Shown here: one piece after another, positions 24,897 through 36,072 of the stretch
How the letters are laid out: every line of letters starts with the position of its first letter
Position numbering within the stretch: position 1 is the stretch's first letter
Source of the DNA: Diplonema japonicum
Taxonomy: Eukaryota > Protista > Euglenozoa: Diplonemea
Length of the DNA stretch: 64,000 nucleotides
Direction: 5' to 3'
Assembly (NCBI GenBank): GCA_964019335.1
Contig: OZ025747.1
Location: 297,196-361,195 of the forward strand
Translations under genes and position numbers: made by a program
Notes under the pieces: model-generated
Told to the model about the DNA's origin: nothing
The model's input: only the letters and a program-made list of their open reading frames with translations
The model's database searches: none

Positions 24897-27455
24897 ATGG
24901 ACGGCGAGATGTCGCGTCTGCGAGCGGCGTTGCAGGGCGAGAGCCTTCCAGGCATCGCTGACGCTGACGTTGAGGGTGGAGCCTTCCCTGGGATGGAGAA
25001 GGCAGAGAACTCGTCTGACGATGGAATGGACGAAGTGGCGGTGAAGGGCAAGGGCAAAACCAAGAAGTCCGGCTTTGCTGCTTTCAACCTGAAACGGGAG
25101 ATCTCGCGTGCGGTGCAGGCAAATGGGTTTGTAGTGCCCACGCCCATCCAGCGCAAGGCCATCCCCGTACAGATGGAGGGCAACGACGTGGTAGCGATGG
25201 CGAGAACAGGGAGCGGGAAGACGGCTGCGTATCTCATCCCTCTCTTGCACAAGCTAGGTGCGCACTCTGTTACGGTGGGCGCGCGTGCCATCATCCTGTC
25301 CCCTACTAGGGAGTTGGCCATCCAAATTTTGAAGGTAGCAAAGCAGCTTTCCCGCTTCATGGACCTCAGGTACTGCGTTATTGTTGGTGGTCTCGCCATA
25401 TCAGAGCAGTTTACAGATCTTGCCGGAAATCCTGATGTGCTGATTGGGTCACCTGGTAGGTTGCTACACATTGTGATGGAAGCGGACATCAAGCTGAAAA
25501 GGGTGGAGACTGTGATCCTCGACGAGGCCGACAGGCTGTTCGAGACCGGCTCCCTCGGGACACAGGTGAACGATTTGCTAAAGAGGCTTCCTGACTCCAG
25601 GCAAATTTCGCTATTCTCTGCCACGCTGCCCGCAGGGCTTGCGGATTTTGCCGATGCAGGTCTGCACAACCCGAAGGTCATCAGGCTGGATTCTGAAGTG
25701 AAGATCAGCGACAAGCTGGCACTGTCGTTTTTGATGACACGTAGGGAAGAAAAACTACCGGCGCTGCTGTATGTGTTGAGGGAGCTTGTTGGTGTACCCG
25801 AGAACAAAAGCCAGACGCTTATCTTCGTGCCGACGAAGCACCACGGCGAGCTTATCCACCAGGTCTTAGACCACCAAGTCATCGACCACGCCTTTATCCA
25901 CGGTTCTATGGACCAAGAAGCCAAGACCATGGAGCTCGAGAGGTTCTCGAACCGCAAGACGTATATCATGATTGTGACCGACGTGGCGGCTCGTGGTATC
26001 GACATCCCTATGCTTGACAATGTCATCAACTTCGAGTTCCCCGACAGGCCCAAGCTCTTCATCCACAGAGTGGGTCGTGCAGCACGTGCAGGAAGGTCTG
26101 GTAAGGCCTATTCCATCATCACCAAGGACGAGCTTCCCCATGTCTTGGATTTGCATCTCTTCCTCGGGAAGCCGATGAAAAATGAGTTACAGAAGAGGGA
26201 AAAGGAAGACATGGAAGAAGAAGAAGAAGAAGAAGAAGAAGAGACTAAAGAGAAGAAAGACTCTGAAGAGGAAGAAGTTGCAGACGGCTACTTCGGTACT
26301 ATCCCGCCTAACATGCTTGACGAGGACACGCAGGCACTGACAAACATCAACAACAACCACACCGAGGTCGTGACACAAGCCAAGACATGCGACAATGCGT
26401 TCAAGCTGTACTGGAGGACACGTAAGGGGGCCACCTCGGAGAGCATCAAGAAGGCACGCATGATGTACGACAGCGGGATCAAGCCCCATCCTATTTTCAA
26501 CACCGCAAAGTACAGGCTGGTTGACATGGAGACACAGCAAGGGAAGGAAAAGCTCATGCAGTGCATCTCACACTTTCGCCCTGCTGTGAACATCTTCGAC
26601 TCTGTAAAGCAAGGGATAAAGGGGATCATGGCAGCGGGGAGGCAGACTGACTTCCTAGCGCCGAAAGTAAAGACAAGGGGGGAGAGGAGGAAGGAAAAGC
26701 TTGCCATGTCTCTAACAAAACTTCTGGGGGCACCAGCGGAGGACCAGAAGCCACAGGGCTTGAAGGAGTCGCTACTGGCGAGGGTTGGGACACAGACAAC
26801 AACCGCGCCGAAGAGGACACGAGAGATGCGTGATGCAGAGAGGGAAAAGGAGAAGGCAGAGTTCTATATCCCGTACACGAAGGACCAGTCAGGCAAGTAC
26901 GACGAGATGGGCTACAGCGTGAACGAGCTGAAGGACGCTGTACTCGACGTGACGGGAGACAGCAATGAGGGGATGATCAAGCAGAGGCAGGTATACGTGT
27001 GGAAGGCAAAGACGAATAGGTACGTGAAGATGAACATGAACGACGCAAAGATGAACCTTTCCAAAACGAAGAACGAGGCGGGGAAGAAAATCGAATTCAA
27101 GAAAGGTGAACAAGGCAAGCTCCTCAAGAAATGGGAGAAGAAAACCAACGCACGGATCCAAGCAGCAGGCGAGGAAGAGGACCCCTCCCTCTACGACCCG
27201 AAGAGAAGGAACAAACGTGCCTCCGCAATGGCTGACGACGAGATCGTCAACAACGACGAAGAAGACCACCCTGCCAAGAAGCAAAAGCTCGGCCGCAAGG
27301 GGAAGAAGAATGCGGCCATCAAATCTGCCGAGGTGAAGTCTTTCTCCACCCTTCAAAAGGAAAAGAAACAGAAGGCCATCAAATCCGCGAAGTTCGCGAA
27401 ACAACAAAAGGGGTCCAAGAAAGGCGGAGGGAAGAAGAAAGGCGGGAAGAAGTAG
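24897..27455 (+). CDS. DDX54: DEAD-box RNA helicase DDX54/Dbp10
   Basis: PTPIQRKAIP, MARTGSGKT, SPTRELA, DEADRLFE, SAT, TDVAARGIDIP, HRVGRAARAGRSG, and a basic DBP10-like C-terminus. Confidence 0.92.
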   Translation: MDGEMSRLRAALQGESLPGIADADVEGGAFPGMEKAENSSDDGMDEVAVKGKGKTKKSGFAAFNLKREISRAVQANGFVVPTPIQRKAIPVQMEGNDVVAMARTGSGKTAAYLIPLLHKLGAHSVTVGARAIILSPTRELAIQILKVAKQLSRFMDLRYCVIVGGLAISEQFTDLAGNPDVLIGSPGRLLHIVMEADIKLKRVETVILDEADRLFETGSLGTQVNDLLKRLPDSRQISLFSATLPAGLADFADAGLHNPKVIRLDSEVKISDKLALSFLMTRREEKLPALLYVLRELVGVPENKSQTLIFVPTKHHGELIHQVLDHQVIDHAFIHGSMDQEAKTMELERFSNRKTYIMIVTDVAARGIDIPMLDNVINFEFPDRPKLFIHRVGRAARAGRSGKAYSIITKDELPHVLDLHLFLGKPMKNELQKREKEDMEEEEEEEEEETKEKKDSEEEEVADGYFGTIPPNMLDEDTQALTNINNNHTEVVTQAKTCDNAFKLYWRTRKGATSESIKKARMMYDSGIKPHPIFNTAKYRLVDMETQQGKEKLMQCISHFRPAVNIFDSVKQGIKGIMAAGRQTDFLAPKVKTRGERRKEKLAMSLTKLLGAPAEDQKPQGLKESLLARVGTQTTTAPKRTREMRDAEREKEKAEFYIPYTKDQSGKYDEMGYSVNELKDAVLDVTGDSNEGMIKQRQVYVWKAKTNRYVKMNMNDAKMNLSKTKNEAGKKIEFKKGEQGKLLKKWEKKTNARIQAAGEEEDPSLYDPKRRNKRASAMADDEIVNNDEEDHPAKKQKLGRKGKKNAAIKSAEVKSFSTLQKEKKQKAIKSAKFAKQQKGSKKGGGKKKGGKK

Positions 27456-27614
27456 GGGGAAAAACAATAAAAACCAATATCTTAACTATATCAACAGTAA
27501 AAATCAGTATCAATGGTGTTCTTCTTCTTTTTTATCCCCCCCCACCCGCTCTCTTGCCCTTCCTTCGTTTCAGAACAGCCTTTAATTACAACAACACGTT
27601 AGGAGAACGGGGCA

Positions 27615-28646
27615 ATGCCGAGGGACCCTATTGTGGTACGCATCGAGCAGCTCATCGTTGCGTTGCTAGAGCAGAACACGGTGAAGATAGTAAAGAGGTG
27701 CGCGAGGAACGCTGCCGTGAACGAGGAGGGTGTCATGACCCTTGTAGAGGAACCTGTGATGGAAAAGGTGCAGTTAAAGAGGTGCAGCCATCTTGCTAAG
27801 GTGTTGGAACAGGTGTACATGTTGAAAGTGAACGAAACCCACGCATCGAAAAGGGATATCTACTACATGGATACAGAGCTGTTCGGCGGGCAGAAGACTG
27901 TAAATGACGCATTGGACGACATTGCAAGGAGCTTCAGGGTGCAGAGGGGCGTCTTGAACGTCAACACAACTTGCAAGGGGTTGGTTGTGGGCAACTTCAA
28001 GTACAAAACCTCGTCAGGGTGCATTGTAGATGTGAGCAGCAGCAGGCGGGGGGTCTCTATCGGTGTCGATGAGCCTGTTTCCTTTTTCTGCGACACTGTG
28101 CGGGCCGTTGTTGTTGTGGAGAAGGACGCGACCCTCATGCGGCTGATCGACGACGACGCAGCGAGGCGTCTGCGGTGTATCTTCATCACGGGCAAGGGGT
28201 ATCCGTGTATCGCAACGCGACGTTTCGTCCATCTCCTCCACAAGCACCTCGGTCACACCATCCCCTTCCACCTCCTCACGGATGCCGATCCCCATGGCAT
28301 GCACATCGCAGCCACATATTGCCTCGGCTCCCTCAACCTCACCCACGAGAACATACACCTTGCCGTCCCTTCCCTCTCCTGGATCGGATTCTCCCTCTCG
28401 GACTTCACCGAGTTTTCACTGCCCGTGTCTGGTTCCCTTCCATGTACTCCACATGACATTAGCAAGGCGGAGTTCCTTCTTGCCCACCCCTCTCTTTCCC
28501 AAACAAAACCCTCCTGGTTCCCTGTCATCCGCTCGTTCATCGTTAAAAGGGTTAAAGCAGAGATACAAGCACTGCAATGCCGTGGTTTGAGCTTTATTTC
28601 CGACACCTATCTTCCCCAAAAGCTTGGGCTGTCTTTCGATAGCTAA
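27615..28646 (+). CDS. SPO11: Meiotic topoisomerase-like protein SPO11 (Topo VI A family)
   Basis: KRDIYY catalytic Tyr motif, KGLVVG, VVEKDAT, ITGKGYP, DADPHG (DxD) and KAEIQAL. Confidence 0.93.
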   Translation: MPRDPIVVRIEQLIVALLEQNTVKIVKRCARNAAVNEEGVMTLVEEPVMEKVQLKRCSHLAKVLEQVYMLKVNETHASKRDIYYMDTELFGGQKTVNDALDDIARSFRVQRGVLNVNTTCKGLVVGNFKYKTSSGCIVDVSSSRRGVSIGVDEPVSFFCDTVRAVVVVEKDATLMRLIDDDAARRLRCIFITGKGYPCIATRRFVHLLHKHLGHTIPFHLLTDADPHGMHIAATYCLGSLNLTHENIHLAVPSLSWIGFSLSDFTEFSLPVSGSLPCTPHDISKAEFLLAHPSLSQTKPSWFPVIRSFIVKRVKAEIQALQCRGLSFISDTYLPQKLGLSFDS

Positions 28647-28746
28647 ATTTTTTTTTTGCCGATTTCTTGGTTATATATTATTCCATCTTTCATTCTTAAT
28701 GTTATTTTGTTTTAGTTTCAACTGAATTGGTGCTTTTTTTAGGTCT

Positions 28747-29499
28747 ATGGGGCACAGGCCAGTTGTGCATTGGGATGACCTGGGGTCTTTAGATGGCGGG
28801 AGTGCTGCAGTACGCCCTGATGCGCCTGTCCTCCCTGATCTGCTGAGGATGAATAAAGAACTGCTGCACAGGCAGCAACAGAGTATCCGAGCTCTTGAAG
28901 AGCTAGACAAGCAGCTGACAGAAACGGTTGAAGACTTAGACAGAAAGGCTGGGTACGCAAGAAGCAGTACCTCGTATCCTAGTGCGCTGCGGGAAGACAG
29001 CATGATGCTAGACCCTGAGAAGTATGTGCCACAGGCACGTGCACCGTCGACAAGAGACCCTCCTGTGCCAGTGCCGCCAGGGGCGTATGGTGCCTCCTAT
29101 GCGTCAAGGGAACGGAGTCCCTGCCCTGTGGTGCCCGAGGGCATACCCCCTGCAACATCCCCAACAGTGCTCATTGAGATTACAGAAGAAGAAGTGCCGG
29201 AACCTGTTGCATACCTCACACCCGTCAGCATACCGGCAGCACCCCCTGCCGTCGTCACACGGGCACGCATCGTGACCCCCACCGTAGCACCCACTTCGCC
29301 TTCCCTCGCCGATATCTGCAAGGATATCTCATCCTCCATGAACGCCCTCAGGTACCACATCCTTGAGCCTTCTCAAAATGAGCCGGACCTAACAACCATG
29401 CAGCTGCAGCAAGTGCAGGACCAGGCACGCGGCGCCGTCTCTGCAAGCCACAATGTGCCCAATGTTACCGTCTACAAGAACTACCCAACGTTTTCTTAA
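28747..29499 (+). CDS. Hypothetical protein (short coiled coil, Pro-rich)
   Basis: 250-aa ORF with ATG, in the co-directional cluster. Confidence 0.6.
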   Translation: MGHRPVVHWDDLGSLDGGSAAVRPDAPVLPDLLRMNKELLHRQQQSIRALEELDKQLTETVEDLDRKAGYARSSTSYPSALREDSMMLDPEKYVPQARAPSTRDPPVPVPPGAYGASYASRERSPCPVVPEGIPPATSPTVLIEITEEEVPEPVAYLTPVSIPAAPPAVVTRARIVTPTVAPTSPSLADICKDISSSMNALRYHILEPSQNEPDLTTMQLQQVQDQARGAVSASHNVPNVTVYKNYPTFS

Positions 29500-29568
29500 T
29501 AGAGTAGAGTTTGTTAAGTTGTTTTAATAAATAAATCCTGTCATCCATTAACACAGATCAAAAAAGTA

Positions 29569-30237
29569 ATGCACAAGGCCGCTGTTTTCTTCGCCCTTCT
29601 CGGGTGTGCCGCTGCACAGGACCCCCCCCAGGGATGGTTGGGTTACGCCACCGGCACCAACCCCGCTGGTGGCAGGATCACCCACGCTGAAGCAAAGTGG
29701 AAGGTGCTCGACGAGCCCAAGGAGGGCGGGTGCTTCTACTCCCCCTGGTTTGGTATCGAGACCTCTGACAACTTGAACCTGTTCCAGCCTGTGAACCCAT
29801 GGGTGGGTAGCAAGTGGGAGATGTACATTGAGTACTTCCAGTGGAGGCCCGAGCACAACGAAAACACTGCCTCTGCTGACGTGAAGCCCGGTGACATCCT
29901 CCACGGTGTGGTGAACTTCAACGAGTCTAAGCAGGAGTACACTGCCACCCACACCAACATGCGCACTGGCCACACCATCACCAAGGTCCTTCCCGTCCAG
30001 AAGAAGGACAACGGTGAGTTCAAGGAGTACACCATCATGTACGTGGTGTTCGAGAAGGTGTGCCGCAGCTGTGCTCAGTACCCCCCCAACAACATCGTGA
30101 CCTTCTACGACATTACCCTTGGCTACGAGGGCAAGACTGTGTCCCCCCACTGGGAGACTGCTTACGTTGACAACAAGTGCAACAACCGTGCCCATGTTGT
30201 GAACGAGTCTGCCATCAGCATCACTTGGGACGCATAA
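29569..30237 (+). CDS. Secreted protein resembling peptidase family G1 (glutamic peptidase), copy 1
   Basis: Signal peptide. GWLGYA, WFGIE, LFQPV, VKPGDILHGVV and YVVFEK parallel the G1 motifs NWAG, WVGIDG, LLQ, PGD and WIVE. Strong codon bias. Confidence 0.65.
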   Translation: MHKAAVFFALLGCAAAQDPPQGWLGYATGTNPAGGRITHAEAKWKVLDEPKEGGCFYSPWFGIETSDNLNLFQPVNPWVGSKWEMYIEYFQWRPEHNENTASADVKPGDILHGVVNFNESKQEYTATHTNMRTGHTITKVLPVQKKDNGEFKEYTIMYVVFEKVCRSCAQYPPNNIVTFYDITLGYEGKTVSPHWETAYVDNKCNNRAHVVNESAISITWDA

Positions 30238-30428
30238 GCCTTTAAGTTAGTACTGATAACGTTTTCCCTCTTTTTTCTTTGTGTAACGTTTTAAGCTGGG
30301 TCGCGCTGACCAGGCTCTCGGGGTGGTGTTTTTTTTTTTGTTTCTTTCTTCTTTCCATTTTTCTTTTGAGTCTCCATGACCTTTCTTTGAAATGCAGCTC
30401 TTACTACAGATTCTATCCGATATCTAAA

Positions 30429-31097
30429 ATGCACAAGGCCGCTGTTTTCTTCGCCCTTCTCGGGTGTGCCGCTGCACAGGACCCCCCTCAGGGATGGTTG
30501 GGTTACGCCACCGGCACCAACCCCGCTGGTGGCAGGATCACCCACGCTGAAGCAAAGTGGAAGGTGCTCGACGAGCCCAAGGAGGGCGGGTGCTTCTACT
30601 CCCCCTGGTTTGGTATCGAGACCTCTGACAACTTGAACCTGTTCCAGCCTGTGAACCCATGGGTGGGTAGCAAGTGGGAGATGTACATTGAGTACTTCCA
30701 GTGGAGGCCCGAGCACAACGAAAACACTGCCTCTGCTGACGTGAAGCCCGGTGACATCCTCCACGGTGTGGTGAACTTCAACGAGTCTAAGCAGGAGTAC
30801 ACTGCCACCCACACCAACATGCGCACTGGCCACACCATCACCAAGGTCCTTCCCGTCCAGAAGAAGGACAACGGTGAGTTCAAGGAGTACACCATCATGT
30901 ACGTGGTGTTCGAGAAGGTGTGCCGCAGCTGTGCTCAGTACCCCCCCAACAACATCGTGACCTTCTACGACATTACCCTTGGCTACGAGGGCAAGACTGT
31001 GTCCCCCCACTGGGAGACTGCTTATGTTGACAACAAGTGCAACAACCGTGCCCATGTTGTGAACGAGTCTGCCATCAGCATCACTTGGGACGCGTAG
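30429..31097 (+). CDS. Secreted G1-peptidase-like protein, copy 2
   Basis: Protein identical to copy 1; only a few synonymous or stop-codon differences seen. Confidence 0.65.
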   Translation: MHKAAVFFALLGCAAAQDPPQGWLGYATGTNPAGGRITHAEAKWKVLDEPKEGGCFYSPWFGIETSDNLNLFQPVNPWVGSKWEMYIEYFQWRPEHNENTASADVKPGDILHGVVNFNESKQEYTATHTNMRTGHTITKVLPVQKKDNGEFKEYTIMYVVFEKVCRSCAQYPPNNIVTFYDITLGYEGKTVSPHWETAYVDNKCNNRAHVVNESAISITWDA

Positions 31098-31320
31098 GAG
31101 CTTAGCAGAGTGCTAACGTGTGGCTTGCTGTGTCTGTTGGGCAACCCCAATTAACAAGTGTGTAGTTTGTGTGTCCCTGCCGTCTTTGTACCTTGTATAA
31201 ACAAAGTGCTGCAAACTCGTTTTTTTTATTATTACTGTAATGTGAAAAATGTCTGCGGACAGAAGGGCTGCTTCGCGCCCGACTATTTTACACCACTTAT
31301 AAGACTAACAGGGTGGCTAC

Positions 31321-32841
31321 ATGCCAGAATGGAAAACAAGTGCAAAATACTTATTGCTAGCCACAAGGAACTCGGAGAGAAATGAGACACTCAGTTACAA
31401 GGCGGGTGATGTGATAGGGGTAGCCGATAACAAGCACGGTGTGTACCATGAAGGCAGGAAAGGGCCATCGGAGGGGTGGATTATGTGGGAAGAGGACTGG
31501 GTGATACGCGGGGGGGTGATAGGTGCCTGCAATAAGTTGTCGGAGATCATCGCAAACAACAAACAAAGACACTCGTTGCGTGACGTGGGACCCACTGTTA
31601 CGAAGGACGTTCTGCTGCCCTTGCAAGGCGTCTTCATGCAGAACCACGCCATGCTGGGCAGGGTGTTGACCTCGAAGCTCGAGGACCTCCTCCTTCAGAT
31701 GTCACTAGCTATCATCTCCGTCACGAAATCGAAGTACTCAGTCAAAAAGAAGTACTTAGTGCGCAGTATGAGACACATCCATAAAAAGCTCAAACACGAA
31801 GTCGCCCAGCTGGCGCTCAGGGTTGCTTCAGAAGAAAAACCTGCCCCCTTGGGTCCTGCCAGCATTACCCGCCTTGTGCGATCCCCTACAGTACCGTTAG
31901 CGATGCCTGTACCTCGAGAGCAGTCTGTGCCCTGCACGGAAGTAGAGGTCCAGACAACGCCGCAACACACCTCGACTGCCCTATACGAGGTACCTCAGGA
32001 GCCTTGCTGGAAAGCACCCCCCAACAAAGACCCTACTCAAGCTGCGCCCATGTGGCGGCTGGCAGCAGACGCTGGCTGCCCCGACTCTATGGTCGAATTG
32101 GGCAAATTGTGCGAGACTGGATCGGAACCTTCTCGAGAGGACGCTGCTCTGTGGTACCGTTATGCTTCGGAGCGCGAGAGTTCTGAAGGGAAATACCGCC
32201 TAGCGCTGCTGCTTTTGTCATATGACTCTGATGACAAGAAGCTTGTACACGAAGCCGAGGAGTTGCTTGCTCAAGCTGCAACTGGATTCAAAGGCCATCC
32301 ACAAGCGGCCGTGCACCTCGGGTGGTTGTACGAGTCGTCAATAGTCCCTTCGCGCAAACCGTTGTCAAATGCTCTGAGGTGGTACAAGCTAGCAGCGCAC
32401 TACGGGAGTTTGGAGGCTCATGCGCACATGGCGTATTGTTTGATCGTGAAGGGGCACTATTTGAACGCTGTTGACTGCGTCCAGCATGCCGTGCAGCACA
32501 ACGAACCCGAAGGGCTCCATGTGATGGGGATGATGTACCTCCACGCACTGGGCGTGCCCAAAGAACCAAAAACCGCAAGGCGCTTGTTCAAAAAAGCATC
32601 GCAGCAAGGGCACAGCGGAAGCATGCAACAAATGGGAAACTACTATTACACTTGTAACAAACTGCCCGAAGCTATTGTGGCATATAAAAAAGCTGCTCTC
32701 CTCGGGGAGCCTGAAGCGTGCAGGGGTCTTGCCGTCATCAGCGACGCGAGGGAGCAAGAGTACTGGGAACGACGCGCTTATAAAATAAAAGAATTGTACC
32801 ACCGTTGGAGCACTCCTGTCTTGGAGTCATTTGTAAGTTGA
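31321..32841 (+). CDS. Sel1-like repeat protein with SH3-like N-terminus
   Basis: AALWYRYAS, ALRWYKLAAHYG, GMMYLHALGVPKEPKTARRLFKKASQQGH; N-terminal LSYKAGDVIGV..EGW. Confidence 0.8.
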   Translation: MPEWKTSAKYLLLATRNSERNETLSYKAGDVIGVADNKHGVYHEGRKGPSEGWIMWEEDWVIRGGVIGACNKLSEIIANNKQRHSLRDVGPTVTKDVLLPLQGVFMQNHAMLGRVLTSKLEDLLLQMSLAIISVTKSKYSVKKKYLVRSMRHIHKKLKHEVAQLALRVASEEKPAPLGPASITRLVRSPTVPLAMPVPREQSVPCTEVEVQTTPQHTSTALYEVPQEPCWKAPPNKDPTQAAPMWRLAADAGCPDSMVELGKLCETGSEPSREDAALWYRYASERESSEGKYRLALLLLSYDSDDKKLVHEAEELLAQAATGFKGHPQAAVHLGWLYESSIVPSRKPLSNALRWYKLAAHYGSLEAHAHMAYCLIVKGHYLNAVDCVQHAVQHNEPEGLHVMGMMYLHALGVPKEPKTARRLFKKASQQGHSGSMQQMGNYYYTCNKLPEAIVAYKKAALLGEPEACRGLAVISDAREQEYWERRAYKIKELYHRWSTPVLESFVS

Positions 32842-32890
32842 TTATTTTGTTATTACGAAGGAGTACTTCCCAGCACCCACCACAGGTACC

Positions 32891-35800
32891 ATGGAGAAAA
32901 TCCCACTCCGGCGACATGATCTTGAGAGGAAAGGGAGCGAGGTGCTGAAGAGAGGCGACACCCTGATGACGATAGGGACTAGTATTGCGGGCACCCCCAA
33001 GCATAGGGTACCACCAACGCCTGGAACTGTTCGCACGGTCTCTCCTGGCGGGCGGGGCGCGGGTATTAACATAGCCAGCCTGCTGTCCGCAAAAGGTACT
33101 ATGCCTGGGAAAGGAAGAGGGAGGGGGCTTGCTGTGAACCTGACACCCCTGCCCTCTCCGGCGTTGAAGGCCACGTCCCCCATGGTGCGCGCCATGGTTT
33201 CACCAAGCTCTATCCTTCAAAAAGCTTTCTCTGTACAAACACCCCTTTCGCCGAAGCATATTCCCGGAAAGAGCAAGGCCGGCTACTCACTCTCCACCAT
33301 CCCAAGCACCAGCTCTGTCGAGGTTGCTTCCCCTGCACAGAAGCCACGCATCAACATAGCAGACATCTTGCCGAGTGCGTCACCACCCACCACACCCCCA
33401 CGACCCTTACAGAAGACCTTTGTCGTTACACTGGGCAAAGATGAATTCGTAATCACAGCAACGGCAGAACAAACAGAACATGTACTGAATACAGTTATAC
33501 GGACTGAGCTGCGTGCCGATGATGGCGATGTACTTATCTTCAGGGACCAGGAAGGCACGGAAGTGCAGCTAAACTGGAACACCACAACGGACGGTGGTAA
33601 GTACAGCTGCGAAATCAGTGACATACCTTACGACAAGCTCGCCGCGCAGCTGGGAAGGCACTACACAAACATAGAGCACGCAGTCACGTCGCTCAGCAAG
33701 GAGGACGGGAGCATCGACTCGCCTTCGCTGAAGGCCTGCTTAAGGAGGATGGGGATGCAGGCCTTAGAGGGCCCTTTGTTTGCATCATTGAAAGATGACA
33801 TGGGAAAAATTAGCTCAAGAGAGTTTGCTTTGCAGCTCCGTTCGCCTGATCAAATACCCTCCGTGTCCGACTTAGCCACAGCTGATATGACAGTCCCTGC
33901 AGACGGCCTCAGGCACAGAGTTCTCCCACAGGCCGAGACCTCGACACCAGCATCACTGTCCATAGGCATCAGCACTTCCCGTACAGTAGACGAGAGGGAC
34001 CCTTTCGACACCTCAGACGACGAAAACCCTGCCAAGAGGAGCGTGACACAGGATCAAGAGGAGCTCAAAGAGCGCGATATGCAAGAGATGGAAGAAGAAA
34101 TAGCAAGAAGACGAGAACGAGAGGAGACGGAGAGACGAGAGCAAGAGGCAGCAGAGAAGGCGCTGAAAGATAAGCAAGCACAGGAAATAGAACGAGAAAA
34201 AGAACGAGAACGAGAAAGAGAAAGAGAAAGAGAAGAAAGAGAACGTGAGCGCGAGAACGCGAGAAAAAAAGAAGTGGAACGAGAGCTAGAGCAGGAACGG
34301 GAACGAGAATTAGAGAAGGAGCGAGAAAAGGAGCGAGAAAGGGTGGAAGCACAAGAAAAAGAAGAAAGAAAGAAAAGAGAGCTTGAACAAGAGCGGTTGG
34401 AAAAGATGAGAACCGAAGATGAAGAACGAGAAAAACAGCACAAAGAAAAAGAGAGAGAAAGGGAAAAGAGAGAAGAGAAACAGTCTGCCCTTTTACAACA
34501 CGAAGAGACTCCGAAGACCCCAAAACCCCGTGGAAAGGAGTTGTGGGCATTGTTCATACGCCTGTTGCGAGAGAGGGGCACGTCAGTGGATGAGATCAAG
34601 GCAGCTGATGACAAGCAGCTGATGGAACTACTGCAAGAACTAGGATTCAACTTGGTAGACTCGCTGAAGGTGAAGACTATATGGGCGACGGAGGTAAGTG
34701 CCATAGAGAGCCCTGGAAGGACTATCAGTGGGGGTTGTATTGAACAGGTGGCCAGTGACACCGAGATCTACGACACTGTGCATGAGGTGGTGATGAACAC
34801 AACAAGCATGGCAGACGTCGTGGTCACAGGTATAACGCAGCTCGTCGGCAGCAACAAGGTGATAAACCGGTACGATGCCGAGAAGCAGCGTCTCCCTGTA
34901 GATCAGCAAGTTCCAAAGGTCCTCTACCTTGTTGTCACAGAGCCCATTTCCTTGGAAGAGATCGTCGAGGAGGGCTTCGACACCTACTTAGCGCACAAAG
35001 GCTGCCTCACCTTTAGCACAGAGGCTGCTGTCACACATACCACCACGACACTCACACTGTGCGAGGTGCTCACAGGACATGTCAACCGTGTTACCGACAC
35101 AGTGCACCTCTCCTCCCTGCTCGAGTCCCCCTTTTACGACAGTGTCGGCAGCGACTACTCTTATATCGGGCGAAACGGGAAGCCGGATGTTGCCTCGAAG
35201 TACTACGTCAGCAAAAGGAACAGGGTTATCCCCAGGTTCAGTGTGACCGTTTCTATCAAACCGCCACAACAAGTTCCGAGACAGTCGAGCGTGGAAAAGA
35301 CAACCATAACAAGCAAAGAAATTGTGAAGTGTCCTCACCACCCATCCGAGGAACTGAGACTGTATTGCCATACTGAGCAGGAACTTACATGTGCTCTGTG
35401 TGCTTCTATTGGGCGGCATGCAAACAAGCACTGCGTTAGTTTGGTGGAGCTTCTAAAAAGTATGAGGGGGCAGTTTGTGCAGAACGAGAAGGTCGTTGGT
35501 GCTAGGTTGGGAAAGCTCGAGGCAAGTGCTGCCAGGTTGAAATCGCAAGAGAAGTCGATGCTGGAAGCCGTCCAGGAGTCGAAGAGGGCACTCAAAGCTC
35601 GTGCTGCTGGGGTACACAGTGAGGTAGATGCATTGGAAAACTTGCTGCAGGGCAATATTGAGAGAAAAGAACGGGAAGCTGGCCACATTTTCGGGGAGGC
35701 TTCAGAGAAGATTAAGCAACAGATAGACGGCCTCACGACGGCGCAGGACTGCCTCCGCTCGTTACTTGACACCAACATAGAGGACACTCACGGTGTCTCA

Positions 35801-35990
35801 CACAAGGCATCTGATATTATCTCCCTTTGTAAAATACTAGACGTGGCAGCCCCTGCCCAGCTGCCAACGTGCGACGATGTTCTGCACGATTTTGTTACTT
35901 ATTCTCAAGACCAGGTATATCATTGTGCACGCTTAATCACACTACACACCACAGATATCGAACTTCAAACTTGTGCCTCTTCAGAATTAG
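32891..35990 (+). CDS. Multidomain protein: E/R-rich helix, degenerate PARP-like fold, B-box zinc finger, coiled coil; intron 35915-35954
   Basis: B-box CPHH..LRLYCHTEQELTCALC..H..H. PARP-like segments IVEEGF, LCEVLTG, YDSV and IPRFSV. Splicing GTATAT..CCACAG gives ISNFKLVPLQN*. Confidence 0.7.
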
Positions 35991-36072
35991 ATTGTTATGC
36001 CTGTATTCACTCGCGACCTTACCATAGCGACATTTTTCATCACAGCACGTTAAGAAAAAAAAAGAAGCAAAA

